Of a stretch of 64,000 bases of DNA, positions 53,395-64,000 are shown in pieces. The notes beneath the pieces were generated by a model. It was not told the DNA's origin and made no database searches. It saw only the letters and a list, made by a program, of their open reading frames with translations. The position numbers and the translations under genes are program-made. The stretch comes from the human T2T-CHM13v2.0 reference genome, Homo sapiens: NCBI RefSeq assembly GCF_009914755.1, contig NC_060937.1; one strand, written 5' to 3'. The first letter of the stretch is position 1. Each line of letters opens with the position of its first letter.

Positions 53395-55789
53395 TTAACT
53401 AGTAAAGCAAAAAGAGAATAACTTTAAGTAAAAGATAAGATTCAACTAAATATTTAATGTAAAGATCTTACAAAGATCACTGAGATCATAATAAATGTTT
53501 ATTAATGTTTACTAAAAAAAAGATCAATGCTCTAAATGATGTATCTTTTCAACCTCTACATTTAATAACTGTTTTGCTCCAACCCTAATTTGAAGTTATT
53601 ATGAAAAGTATCATCAGCTATATAGCTGTATTTCCTGTATTTATAATACAGAAATCATTTTAATTTTCTCTTTAAATTCCAGTTATTCTATGTATTAATT
53701 ATTTAGCACATAATACAAACAAATATTGCTAATAATGGTGACAAAAAAACTCATCAGGCTTAATTCACTTCACTTCTGAGCTTCTGAGGGAAGGCCTTTC
53801 ATGTATGTCTCTTCTTTCCCTGTCAGACTACCACATAGCACCAGAAATGAACTTGATCTTCGAACAGATATTTTTAACAAATCACTCATTTGCTGAACTG
53901 AAATTTGACTTCCTAGAAATCCTAATCATAGGCAGGGCCCTTGACCAAAAAACAAAACAAAGGAAAAAACAGGTACCCTCTTCTTCCAGCCAAACAAAGC
54001 CTACGTCTATGTTTCCTTTCACTTCTTCACTGCTAGCTATGCCAAATCACACCAGCATTCGATTCCAACTCAAAATGCCCTACCCATAAAATCCTCACTT
54101 TATCTATTTTACCATAGTTACTTACTGTCTTATAAGTATAAATTTATTAGTATGCTGCTTTTTTCATATTTCCATGCCAGTTATTCCCTGAGTATTTAAT
54201 GACTACATATGAGATGTGCTACATACACTGTGCTAGGGGAAAATACTGCATGTTTCTGCTTTAAAAGAAAATATATTCTGTAAAAAAAAAAAAAGAAAAA
54301 AAAGAAAAGAAAAAAAGGGGGGGAGTGTAGTGGAAACTGAGTATAATAAAATGCCAAGTGCTTTAACAAAATAAAACAAACGTAAAATGTCCTGAGGGGA
54401 GAGCTTTTCCCTAAAGTATCTGCTAAAGTCAGAGAAGAAATAATGGGTACCTTGCTAAGCTAGGGCAAGAATATTTCCTAAAATTTCACAAGTGTAAATT
54501 TCTTTAGTTTTAAATATTCATACAAGTTCTACTGGAAGATAAATATATTAGAGTAATTTTAATATGGTTTAAACTATGTAATGTTAAATAACTTTTCCAA
54601 AAAAAGATTTCAAGTAAAATGTATGGTCCATGAATAGAAACTATGTTTTATCCTGTGGTTTCAGACCCCTCCTGGCACACCACCATGTATCCCAGGCAGT
54701 GGAGTTGGAGAAGTTTTGCTGGGAGTGGGGAGATCTATTACAGTGCAGAAAATATGTGACTCCCCATCTTCCAATTCGCAAACAAATGAGCAACACACAC
54801 ATGCACAAGGCTACATTATCTAGTATCCAGTAAAATAAATCAAATGGCTAATTACAATACTACATTTACTATACTGTCAGTATCTAGAGGCCAGGAATTG
54901 TGCTGTAATTTGTGCTCTAGTGGCAGACATGTAGGAGGTTTGCTGAATGAATTACTGAACACCTAGAGTTGACTCCTGGATAAGCACACTAGGGAAAGCT
55001 ATGGTCTGGTTACATACCACACACTCACACACGCACGCAGACACACAGTGGGTGAGATTCAGTTTGGTTAAAAATATTCAGTAGCTCTGACTGCCCTGGC
55101 AATGGTTTACAACAGCCATTTGGTGGCCTATAGAGAAAAAAGGTGCACTTCTCAGTCTAATTTCTGACAAAGGAAACCCAGCTTCTACTGAGTGGGTTAG
55201 ATCGAGGGATAAACGCATGACAGACCACTTTCCTGAAACTTTTATCTTTGAATATACTGTTGTTTCCTCTCTCTGAATCTGGTTTGCATAACTGACTGTA
55301 ACACCTGGTTATGTATGTTCACTGCCCTATCTCCCAAAATTTGCTCCCTCAAGGGAGTAAACAGGGTACACAATGCTATATCTACAATTTCTATATAAAC
55401 TATGTAAAATAAAGTAGGTTAACTAATATTTCTTTAATATTCAAATATTGGTATATAGTTTCTACAGATATATCTATAGATTCTACATGGTCTCAAAGTT
55501 AAAGTTTCGCTCAACAAATCCCAGGCAAGGACTTAAATTACTTTATAATGACAAAATGTAGGTAATGGTGTGGATACACATGTATCCTAAAATGGCTACG
55601 CCTATAACAAGGATTCCAAAATTGCCATAAACTAGTCGTAAGTATTTTTGCTCATTACAACGGCATAAAAAGTCAAAGATTAGGACTTCCATTCATTTTT
55701 ACATGCTAATTTTATTTTTTGGATTCTGAGGATTTTAGCTGATTCATTCCATTTGCAGTAAGACAAATGAGGAGGTTCCTGGTTAGGGC

Positions 55790-55975
55790 TCAGGTTTTAG
55801 ACTCTAATAAATCTGAGTTCAAATGTGGATGGTAACATTTAACAGCTGTGTGATACTGGGCAATTACTTAATTTCTCTAAGCTTCAGTTTCCTAAAGTAT
55901 AAAATGGGGTTAAAAACTATGTAGAAATTAGAATGAAGATAAAAATCAGATAATCTACAAAATGTGCTTTAAAAA
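55790..55975 (+). mobile_element. MIR in LIG4 intron
   Basis: gctgtgtgatactgggcaattacttaatttctctaagcttcagtttcctaaagtataaaatgggg. Confidence 0.8.
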
Positions 55976-56639
55976 GTAGTAAGTCTTGATAATTTTAATA
56001 CTATAATGCTTGCTGATCCAAGCAACATTTAAAATATAAATATTGCAAAATATTAACGAGATAAAAAGGTGGGAAGAAGCTTCACTCTTTAACAATAAGC
56101 AAAGCTTTCAGGAGAATGAATGCAAGCAATTAGTACACAATAACGATTCATCATTCATTCAGTTCTGACTAAATTGTCCTGAAGTGACACATGAAAATAA
56201 ACCGGCAGGTTTTATTCAGTGACTATGGAAGGTGATTAAGTGCTATGCTATTGCACTTAAAAAAGAGAGAGGAAAAAAAGGAGTAAGTGACGAATGCAAC
56301 TGAAGTATCCTTCATGCAACCCTTGACAAGCTGTGTTTCCCTAGGAAACAAAGGGTTTACAGCTGCCTATCTTCCACAGCACTTAGTGACAATTTGGGAC
56401 AATCTCAGCAAAAAGAAATGAGCAGACAAAGACGCTAGAAGGGCTTTGGGATCCCAAAAGTTAATGAAAGACCAAGTGTAAGAAGAGAAATAAAGTAATT
56501 CCCTCCAAGCCTAAAGTCTCTCCCGCTCCAATGCCCCCTGTACCCTCTCGGAAAATGGAAAATCCCTAAGGAGTCTACATCATTCCTCTGCCCGTTCCCC
56601 CTACTCTCCCCCAACCCTTCACGGATTCCCAGTGAATAC

Positions 56640-56712
56640 CTGGCCTCGGGCAAGCTCCGTTACCTCTGTGAACCAGAGAATCCCAGCTGTAAAATGAGAT
56701 CTTGATGGTTTC
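56640..56712 (-). other. LIG4: LIG4 non-coding 5'UTR exon (73 nt); can extend upstream to about 56884 as an alternative first exon
   Basis: Acceptor ccccgcAG|GAAACC (56714-56713) and donor CAG|GTATTC (56639-56638); agrees with recalled LIG4 mRNA leaders. Confidence 0.75.
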
Positions 56713-56940
56713 CTGCGGGGTTGCCATGAGAAAGAATCAACATGTACGCAGGTAAAGCAGGCAATACAGTTCCAGGGAGTCAAAAACGGGAGAAATCGTC
56801 CCACGACCTGGGGCTTGGGTCTAGATGAAGAGCACAGCATCAGGAGGCCAGGCTTCTAATGCGGCGCAGTCTACAGCGCTGTGGACTCGGCAACTCCCAT
56901 CACCTGCCGCTGCACAAACACCCTGCTTGCTGCCCCCATA

Positions 56941-57505
56941 GACCGACCCCCGCCTGACGCCTCCCAGACCCCCCCACCTGACGCCCCTCAGGCCCCCCGC
57001 CTGACGTCCCAGACACCCCCACGACCGGATCCCCCAGACCCCCAATCTGACGCCCCACTTCCCCTACTTGACTCCCCACACATCCCCCGCCTGACGACCC
57101 CCCGACCCCCGCCTGACGTCCCAGACACCACCCATCTGATCCCCCAGACCCCCAATCTGACGCCCCACACCCCCCACTTGACTCTCCACACACCCCACAC
57201 CTGCCACCCCACGTAAACCCCGCCTGACACCTCACAGACCCTAACCTGACGCCCCACAGACCTCCCCCGCCTCCTGCCGCCACACACACCCCAAACCCCG
57301 CCCCGAACACCCCCCACCTGCCGCCCCACAGATTCCCCCCTCTGACGCCCCACAGACCCCCAACGTGACGCCCTACAGACCCCAACCTGACGTCCCACAG
57401 ATACCCCGCCTGACGCCCCACAGACCTTCCCCCGGTCTGTTGCCCCACAGACTTCTCGCCGCCTGCTGGACCACACCTTCCACTTGACTCCCCCCACACC
57501 GTCAA
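56941..57505. repeat. Degenerate ~22-23 bp minisatellite (CCTGACGCCCCACAGACCCCCAA-like)
   Basis: TGACG at 56955, 56979, 57002, 57048, 57092, 57114, 57158, 57247, 57343, 57366, 57388, 57411. Confidence 0.85.
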
Positions 57506-57509
57506 TCTG

Positions 57510-57660
57510 CCACCCCCCACCCCCCCCACCTCCCAACCCCCCACCCCCCCGCCCCCACCTCCCAGCCCCCCACCCCCCCGCCCCCACCTCCCAACCCCCC
57601 ACCCCCCCGCCCCCACCTCCCAACCCCCCCCAACCTCCCAACCGCCCCCACCTGCCACCC
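57510..57660. repeat. C-rich 29-bp tandem repeat (about 4 copies); G-runs on the minus strand
   Basis: Unit CCCCCACCTCCCAACCCCCCACCCCCCCG. Confidence 0.9.
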
Positions 57661-57674
57661 CACACCCTTCCCAC

Positions 57675-57725
57675 CTGACGTCAAGCCTGAAGCTCAGCCG
57701 CTAAGCCGGAAGCTGGCGCCAGAAG
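57675..57725 (-). other. LIG4: LIG4 non-coding first exon (proximal promoter); 5' end approximate
   Basis: GCCAGCTTCCGGCTTAGCGG...GACGTCAG|GTGGGA donor at 57674-57673. Confidence 0.7.
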
Positions 57726-57915
57726 ATGCCGGTTCCGCCAGCTGCTCGCCGCGCAGGCGCAGGGGAGACCCGGGGCCTTGCAGTCACCGGGCTCAAGCAC
57801 GCCGGCGCAGCCAGGCTCGCGATGGGAGGTGGGGGGGCCGGCAGCCCCGTGGGGCTGCGGAGGCGGGACCTGCAGGATCCTGGTTAGGGTCTTGAGTACA
57901 CACGGCTCCTATTGG
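57676..57915 (-). promoter_or_regulatory. LIG4: LIG4 proximal CpG-rich promoter
   Basis: Full CRE TGACGTCA 57676-57683; ETS CCGGAAG 57706-57712; NRF1 CGCGCAGGCGCA 57750-57761; CCAAT (ATTGG) 57911-57915; no TATA box. Confidence 0.8.
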
Positions 57916-59288
57916 CCTCGGCAGCAGATGCTCTCTGCAAGCAGTTGATCCACACGCCAGTGGATTTTGTCTCGAGGGAGACCTAAGATCACTTTGTGCT
58001 CTGGCTAGTGATAGCCTCTAATTCTTGTTCTCTGTACGTAAAACAGTGGTAACTATACTGATTTCGCTGGTTGTGAAAACTCCCAAGAGAGAACAGGACA
58101 TCCTCCCAACTCAAAACGTTGGTTGTTTCATTTAAACTTTTAAAAAATAGGCTTTTGCAAACTATATAGAGCTGTTTTTTTTTTTAAATGATGTTTGCTA
58201 CTGTGGTCTCAGTTCTCTTAATACAGAAATAATACATAACAATACATAACTTACAATATAGAAATAAACCGTTGCATGACCAGAAATCAACTATGGACTC
58301 TTCTAGTATCTGTTTAAGGTTTAAAAATAAAGTTATTTAACAAACCTTTATTGAGCACCTATTATTATATAGTAATGGTGCTAGATATTCAGGGTGGAGA
58401 GATTATAAACAACCCCAGTTTTTGTGTTCCAGGAGCTGTTGGTTTCCACCGAATTTTTGCTGTGGTCAGTCCTCTTTCGCCATGGAGAAGTGAGAAGTTA
58501 TTCATAAAGAGGGGTGGAAACAACTTTTAGAACTATTTTATTTTAGCATAAAATATTGCTTTACAATAAAATAAATTTTGCTGCAGTGGGCCCTGATAAA
58601 ACATATTAGAGCTGTTAAGTGCCCTTAGAGGTTGTGTAATGTATAAAAACCTCCTTTTTCAAAACTGACACATTTCATTCAGTGCTAGTTTGTAGCGGAG
58701 GTTCCGTCTAGCCCAAGAACATTCAGTTATTTACTTCGTATGTCTAATTGACCTAATATGCCTGAATATCTAAAATCATCTGTGATGTTGTAAAGTCTCA
58801 TGATATTGTTTTGTGAGTATCTGCTCTTCAATTTAGTTATCAATTTATTTTGGAGGAAAAATGAATAGTGTTAAGGTAGAGGAGCCTCCACTTGCCCATC
58901 TTAGGAGAGGGTACCTATCCGTGTACATTTGTAGCTTGTTCAACCTCTACTGAGCTCCTACAATGTCAGAAGCTGGACTTTGTATTAGTTACATGAGAAG
59001 AACCATGAATTATGAAACCAGGCAAACTCCAAATTGATTCAAAGCCCAGTCTCCATTTCATCATGTTATTTTAGTTGATTGGTTCAAAGACAATCAAGGG
59101 TTTTTTTCACTAAGTATCTTCTAGAGTTGCCATGATTATTAATTTATTTATGTAAATGGTCTACTTTATATATGCTTGGCACTTATTCCGTGATCAAGAT
59201 TAGGAAGCTATGATTCAAGAACCCAGCTTTGACCTGGAGCTCTCCATCTGGTAGCAAGACACATATGTTCAATAACAACAACACCACA

Positions 59289-59907
<619 letters not shown>

Positions 59908-60019
59908 CCCACAGATTTATGAAATATCCTCTGTATATATAAAATAGGGGACATAGAATAAGGAAAGCCCAAGGGAGGGGAGGCACACATCTGTAAACAA
60001 GTGTGTACACTTCAGTGCA

Positions 60020-60235
60020 CAGGGGGGTTGACAGCGAAGCTAATGAAGCCCAAGTTTTAAGGGCCCATTTTTGCGAACACTTCCAAGGCCTTGAGAGGGG
60101 CCCTAACGAGGTGTTCCCATGGTCGTGTACCTCGGTAAAATTTGCAAAAATAAGACAATTTTACATTATTTTTCTTTAAAAGGGCTCTCCAAATGGCACA
60201 AGGTTCAGGCCTCACAAAACCTGCATTCGCCCTTG
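60020..60235 (+). mobile_element. hAT-Tip100 MITE (Arthur1A/MER69A-like)
   Basis: caggggg...gaagctaatgaagc...aaaatttgcaaaa...ttcaggcctcacaaaacctg matches the recalled consensus. Confidence 0.6.
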
Positions 60236-60402
60236 ACAGTCCACTCTCGTAGAGGTAAAAGGAGAAAAATAGTTATGGAAGCGCTTTAAATCGTGGACCT
60301 CATTGCGACACCCTTAACAACCCTATCAGGCAGAACAAATTGCTCCGCAAACCTGCGGCTTGCAGAGCGATGGTGGACTCCCGAGCTCATCGGGTCCGGC
60401 AC

Positions 60403-60545
60403 CTCTTCACCACGGAGGCCTCGGGTACGGAACTGGAGGGAGTCCTGGTGCTCGGAGGAGGGTGGAAGGCCAAGATCCCTAGGTCCTGGAGCAGGGAGCC
60501 GGGCCCACGCCGCCGAGGTATCTTTTCCGTCCGGGCCACCGTCGC
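60403..60545 (-). other. LIG4: Probable distal non-coding first exon of LIG4; boundaries uncertain
   Basis: Candidate donor GAG|GTGCCG at 60402-60401 in the CpG island; a distal LIG4 start is recalled but cannot be fixed from sequence. Confidence 0.4.
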
Positions 60546-60599
60546 GGGGGCTCACTGGCAGCGGCTTCTGCGCATGCTCGGAAGAGCGGGCAGGGTTCC

Positions 60600-60850
60600 C
60601 ACTCCGGGAGCGGAGACGGAGAACAGGTTATGTGGGAGCCGGCGGGGGCATTTGCCGGCGACACCCGAGCGGGGGCCGGAAGTGGGGCCACAGCTCGCAG
60701 CAGGAGCTCCGGGCTAGACCGTGGCGCCGGCAGCGGCCCCTGGGCTGGAGGAGGATGATGAGGAGCGACGGAAGCGACGCGGGGGTACGCTGCTGCGCGG
60801 CGCCCGGTTTCGTGCCCGCGGCCGACTGCGCAGCCTGTCCGCGAGTCTGA
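60600..60850 (+). other. ABHD13: ABHD13 non-coding exon 1; 5' end approximate, coding exon outside the window
   Basis: Strong donor TGA|GTAAGT at 60851; gene identity from the known head-to-head synteny with LIG4, not from coding sequence. Confidence 0.75.
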
Positions 60851-63800
60851 GTAAGTGCGGCTCGGGGACCCCGAGCCCGCGGGGCCCGAGCGCCGGTCCG
60901 CTCCTTCTAGGAGGGTCGCGGGGAGCCGCCGGCTCCTCCAGGCGGGCGCGAAACCCTCCCGGGAGGCTGTGGGGGGAGCCCCGGGGCTAGTGCGGCTTCC
61001 CCTGGGGGTCGTGCGGGGGCCGAGCGCCGGGGGTTGTGGAGGACCAGCCCGGGGTGCAGCCCTGCCGGCCGCCCCGACTCCGCTCACCACTCACCAGGGG
61101 AAGCAAACTGAAGCCAAATACCTGTTTTGGAAACTAAGGTGCGCGCATTGCCAGAGGCTCGCCGGGTGTCGTTTTGTAATTGGAACCTAAAACGTATCTT
61201 AGTGTTCTATGTCAATTGTATTTCCAGTAATGTGTACAAACCTAAGATCCCTAAAATCCAACCCTCCGCTCCCCCACCCTCCCACACAGACATGAAAAGT
61301 AAAATAGAATAATTCCAGCTACTAGGTTGGAGAGAGGGAGAGCCCCGATCTAATCACGACAGTAACAGGTTTAGACCTGTGAATATCATGACAGGAAGTT
61401 CTGGGGTTATTCAGGAAACATCAAAAAAGCACCCCATACAATCGAAGTCAATTTTGCTGTAGATTTTAGTCAACATTTAAGTAAAATGAATTACTAGTAT
61501 TACTACCCAAGGTATCGAAACCAAAAAAAAGTCCGTCCCCATTTAACAACTCTTATTTATGTTTACTATGTGATAGTAACTGGATAGAAAGAGATGAGTA
61601 TATTGGCTTTGTGTGTTGATATTGGATTTTTCACTGATCTCTTTTGACGGGAGGGGGTTCGTGGATCAATACTTATTTGTATGCATGCTTAGGGAAATCA
61701 CTCGTCTTTGACTAAAATATCAAATTTTATTTTACTGTGTAAGATTTCTTGATTGCCGATTTAGTGTTAATGTCATGATATCCTACCTAAGACATCAGCT
61801 GCTCAATTAAATAATCGTTAATAGAGGCCCACTATGCATCAGGCACTGCTGCGTACAGAAAATGTAGAGTTGAATAGGACGAGGTCTCTGTCATCGAGGA
61901 ACTCACAGCCTGTGTAAGCAGGTTAATTACGCTGTAATAGTAACTTCTGCCACGTAAGTTTGCACAAACTACAGAATGTGGAATGGGTGGCAGGAGGGAA
62001 TAGGGGTCCAAGGAAAGCTTTCTAGAGGATCTACTACCTGAGTTTGGTTTTAACAGAGAAAGAGTGCATTGCTCTGATTACTTCCTGTGTTCAGATACGG
62101 TACCTCTAGGGAATCATATCCATTATTTGATCTAGGACTAATAGGGCTTCTAGTTGTCCTTACTTTCACATACTCTGCTATAGTACATAATTAAGTAATT
62201 TAAATTTTGTCTCATAGAAGTAGCTGCACTTAACACACTATTACATTTTATCTCAACAGTAGTTCAATTTAATCTTTCATCCTCCTTTTACATACGAGGA
62301 AATATATATTTAGAGAGGCTAAGTGAGTTGGCAAAAGCTACCTATCTCTTAACAGACCATGACTCAAAACACTGTCTCCTTTCCATTGCACCACACTGCC
62401 TCCCACTGACAGTTAACTTGGAATGATTAAAGCAAGCCAGGTACCTACAGGTAGCCCTTGGCACACTGCCCTCTTCTTGGGCACATCAAAGACCTCTTGG
62501 CATGTGGATAAGAGGGTTTACTAACCAAATTGCCCTGGGCTAACAATATAACTTAGTGATAGGTGCAGGAAACTGTTGGATCTAACATTTTCCCATGATC
62601 TCTTCTCATAACTTATCTCAGGGGAATCTATTTCTGTTTCTCTGTTTAATGTATTACCCAGATTCTGAAATCTTTCTAATCCTTGTTTAGTTGCCCCAGG
62701 AAAGTCTTAAGACCTTTAAATAGCCTTTTTTCGTGTGGACTTAAAAGATGCTCTAGTTCTTCTAAGTAAGATATTTTTCCTCAAATGACAGATTTTGTAA
62801 TACATTATTATATTTTATGTTTCTGTTTCACATGGTGTGAACTCCTACAACAGTATATTCTGCTGAAATCCCTTGCAAAGATGTAGTATTTCCAGTACAG
62901 GGACTACATGCATTTATGAGCTAGCCTGAGAATCTAGATACTTCTAGTAAGGCTTCTAGTTGTACTTACTTTCACATACTCAATGTTATATAACACTGGT
63001 TTTATACAAAACAAATATTCTAAGTTTCATCCATCTAGTTTATAGGTAAAGTTTTAGAACATTGCCCATTTATAAATTGGAAACTTTGTGAATTTCATTA
63101 TCAGTCTAACATCACTACAGTTTTAGGCTAGTGGATTTGTTTTAAACATTTCAGATATTTATAATCTCAGAACAAATTGTGGTTGGCTTCCATAGTAACA
63201 ATAATCTCTCATTTTACTTCTGCCAGAGTTGACTCTATTTGCCAAGATTTTCAAGCATGAAAAAGCTACTAAGTAGCTGCCTGGTATAATTTTTGAGCTA
63301 TCTGCTCATACAGATTTAAATCCTAGTTAAAGATGCTGTCTGAACCATCCAGTTATTATCCAGCATCTCCATAGGCAGTTACTGTTCATTTGTCCCATAG
63401 GACTATGAATACACACTTTTTCATTATTGATGGCATGTGGGTAACCATTAGGGAAATAGATAATTCATTCTGTGGTGTCTCCAACACCTTGATAGCAGCT
63501 ATTTGTGTTTCCATTTCAGCTGTGCAGCTGGCATGGTTTCTTAACTTCCCAATGCTTAACAGAAGAGGAGAGAGATTGATATAAGAATACTGAATCTGAG
63601 TTCCACATTACTTCACATGTGATTGGAAGCTGTGATTCACCCAGAGTAATTAATGAGCCCATGGGGTGTGGGGTCCTCATTCTCTGCTGGGATGTGGATG
63701 TCGGCATTGACACACGAACTCCCTTTCCACTTTTTACAGTCTTCACTTGAACCTGCACATTTTTTTTAAATGTATGAACAGTTTTTATTTTTAAACAAGC

Positions 63801-64000
63801 TGTTCCCAAAATTATCAATCTAGGATGGACTTAAAGATCTTTAAAGAAATAATAGTGCCTTTATGACTTAGGACTTTTTAATTGTATTTGAAATTGTTTA
63901 GCCTTTTGCCAAATTGTTTTTCGGAAATTCATTGTAATTCACTATGGGTAATGCACTTTTTTGTATTTTTAAAAGACCATTTGCTGGTGGCAGAATCCGT

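Larger units (their letters stand above)
60290..61180. promoter_or_regulatory. CpG island and bidirectional promoter for LIG4 (distal, -) and ABHD13 (+)
   Basis: Very high GC/CpG; NRF1-like TGCGCATGCTC 60569-60579; ETS/GABPA CCGGAAGTG 60676-60684; divergent splice donors. Confidence 0.88.

Noticed and set aside
56881-57684. Long Gly-rich and Pro-rich ORFs (up to 252 aa)
   Set aside because: Translations of the C/G-rich tandem repeats; low complexity, mostly non-ATG starts
60286-61190. Overlapping ORFs of 89-203 aa on both strands
   Set aside because: Stop-poor CpG island; no recognisable domain. Only the ATG-initiated 31-aa uORF was kept
63390-63818. Unique-looking stretch with 64 and 100 aa ORFs
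   Set aside because: No recognisable protein or RNA motif; may be an ancient repeat, and needs a Dfam or conservation search

Overview
Human-like (primate) genomic DNA, recognisable as the LIG4/ABHD13 locus (13q33.3 by established knowledge). Positions 1-49.5 kb are repeat-rich intergenic sequence: Alus, a full-length old L1 with TSDs, THE1/MST, MLT, LTR12, nested MER52-in-MER4 LTRs and DNA-transposon fossils. LIG4 lies on the minus strand with a single coding exon (CDS 53370-50635, 911 aa), a poly(A) signal near 49565 and several non-coding 5' exons. A CpG-island bidirectional promoter at about 60.3-61.2 kb is shared with the non-coding first exon of ABHD13 (+). I found no RNA genes, CRISPR arrays or convincing novel protein-coding system. 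The most interesting observations are: (1) a phased ~22-23 bp minisatellite of CRE half-sites plus a 29-bp G4-forming repeat in LIG4 intron 1; (2) promoter-dependent LIG4 uORFs, one ending in a TGATG stop-start overlap; (3) a Cys-rich ABHD13 uORF whose stop abuts the splice donor; (4) an exonised MIR; (5) a candidate cassette exon; (6) a ~97-bp templated insertion in the L1 5'UTR; and (7) a micro-inversion in MER20. Repeat subfamily names come from recalled consensus sequences, not from a search.
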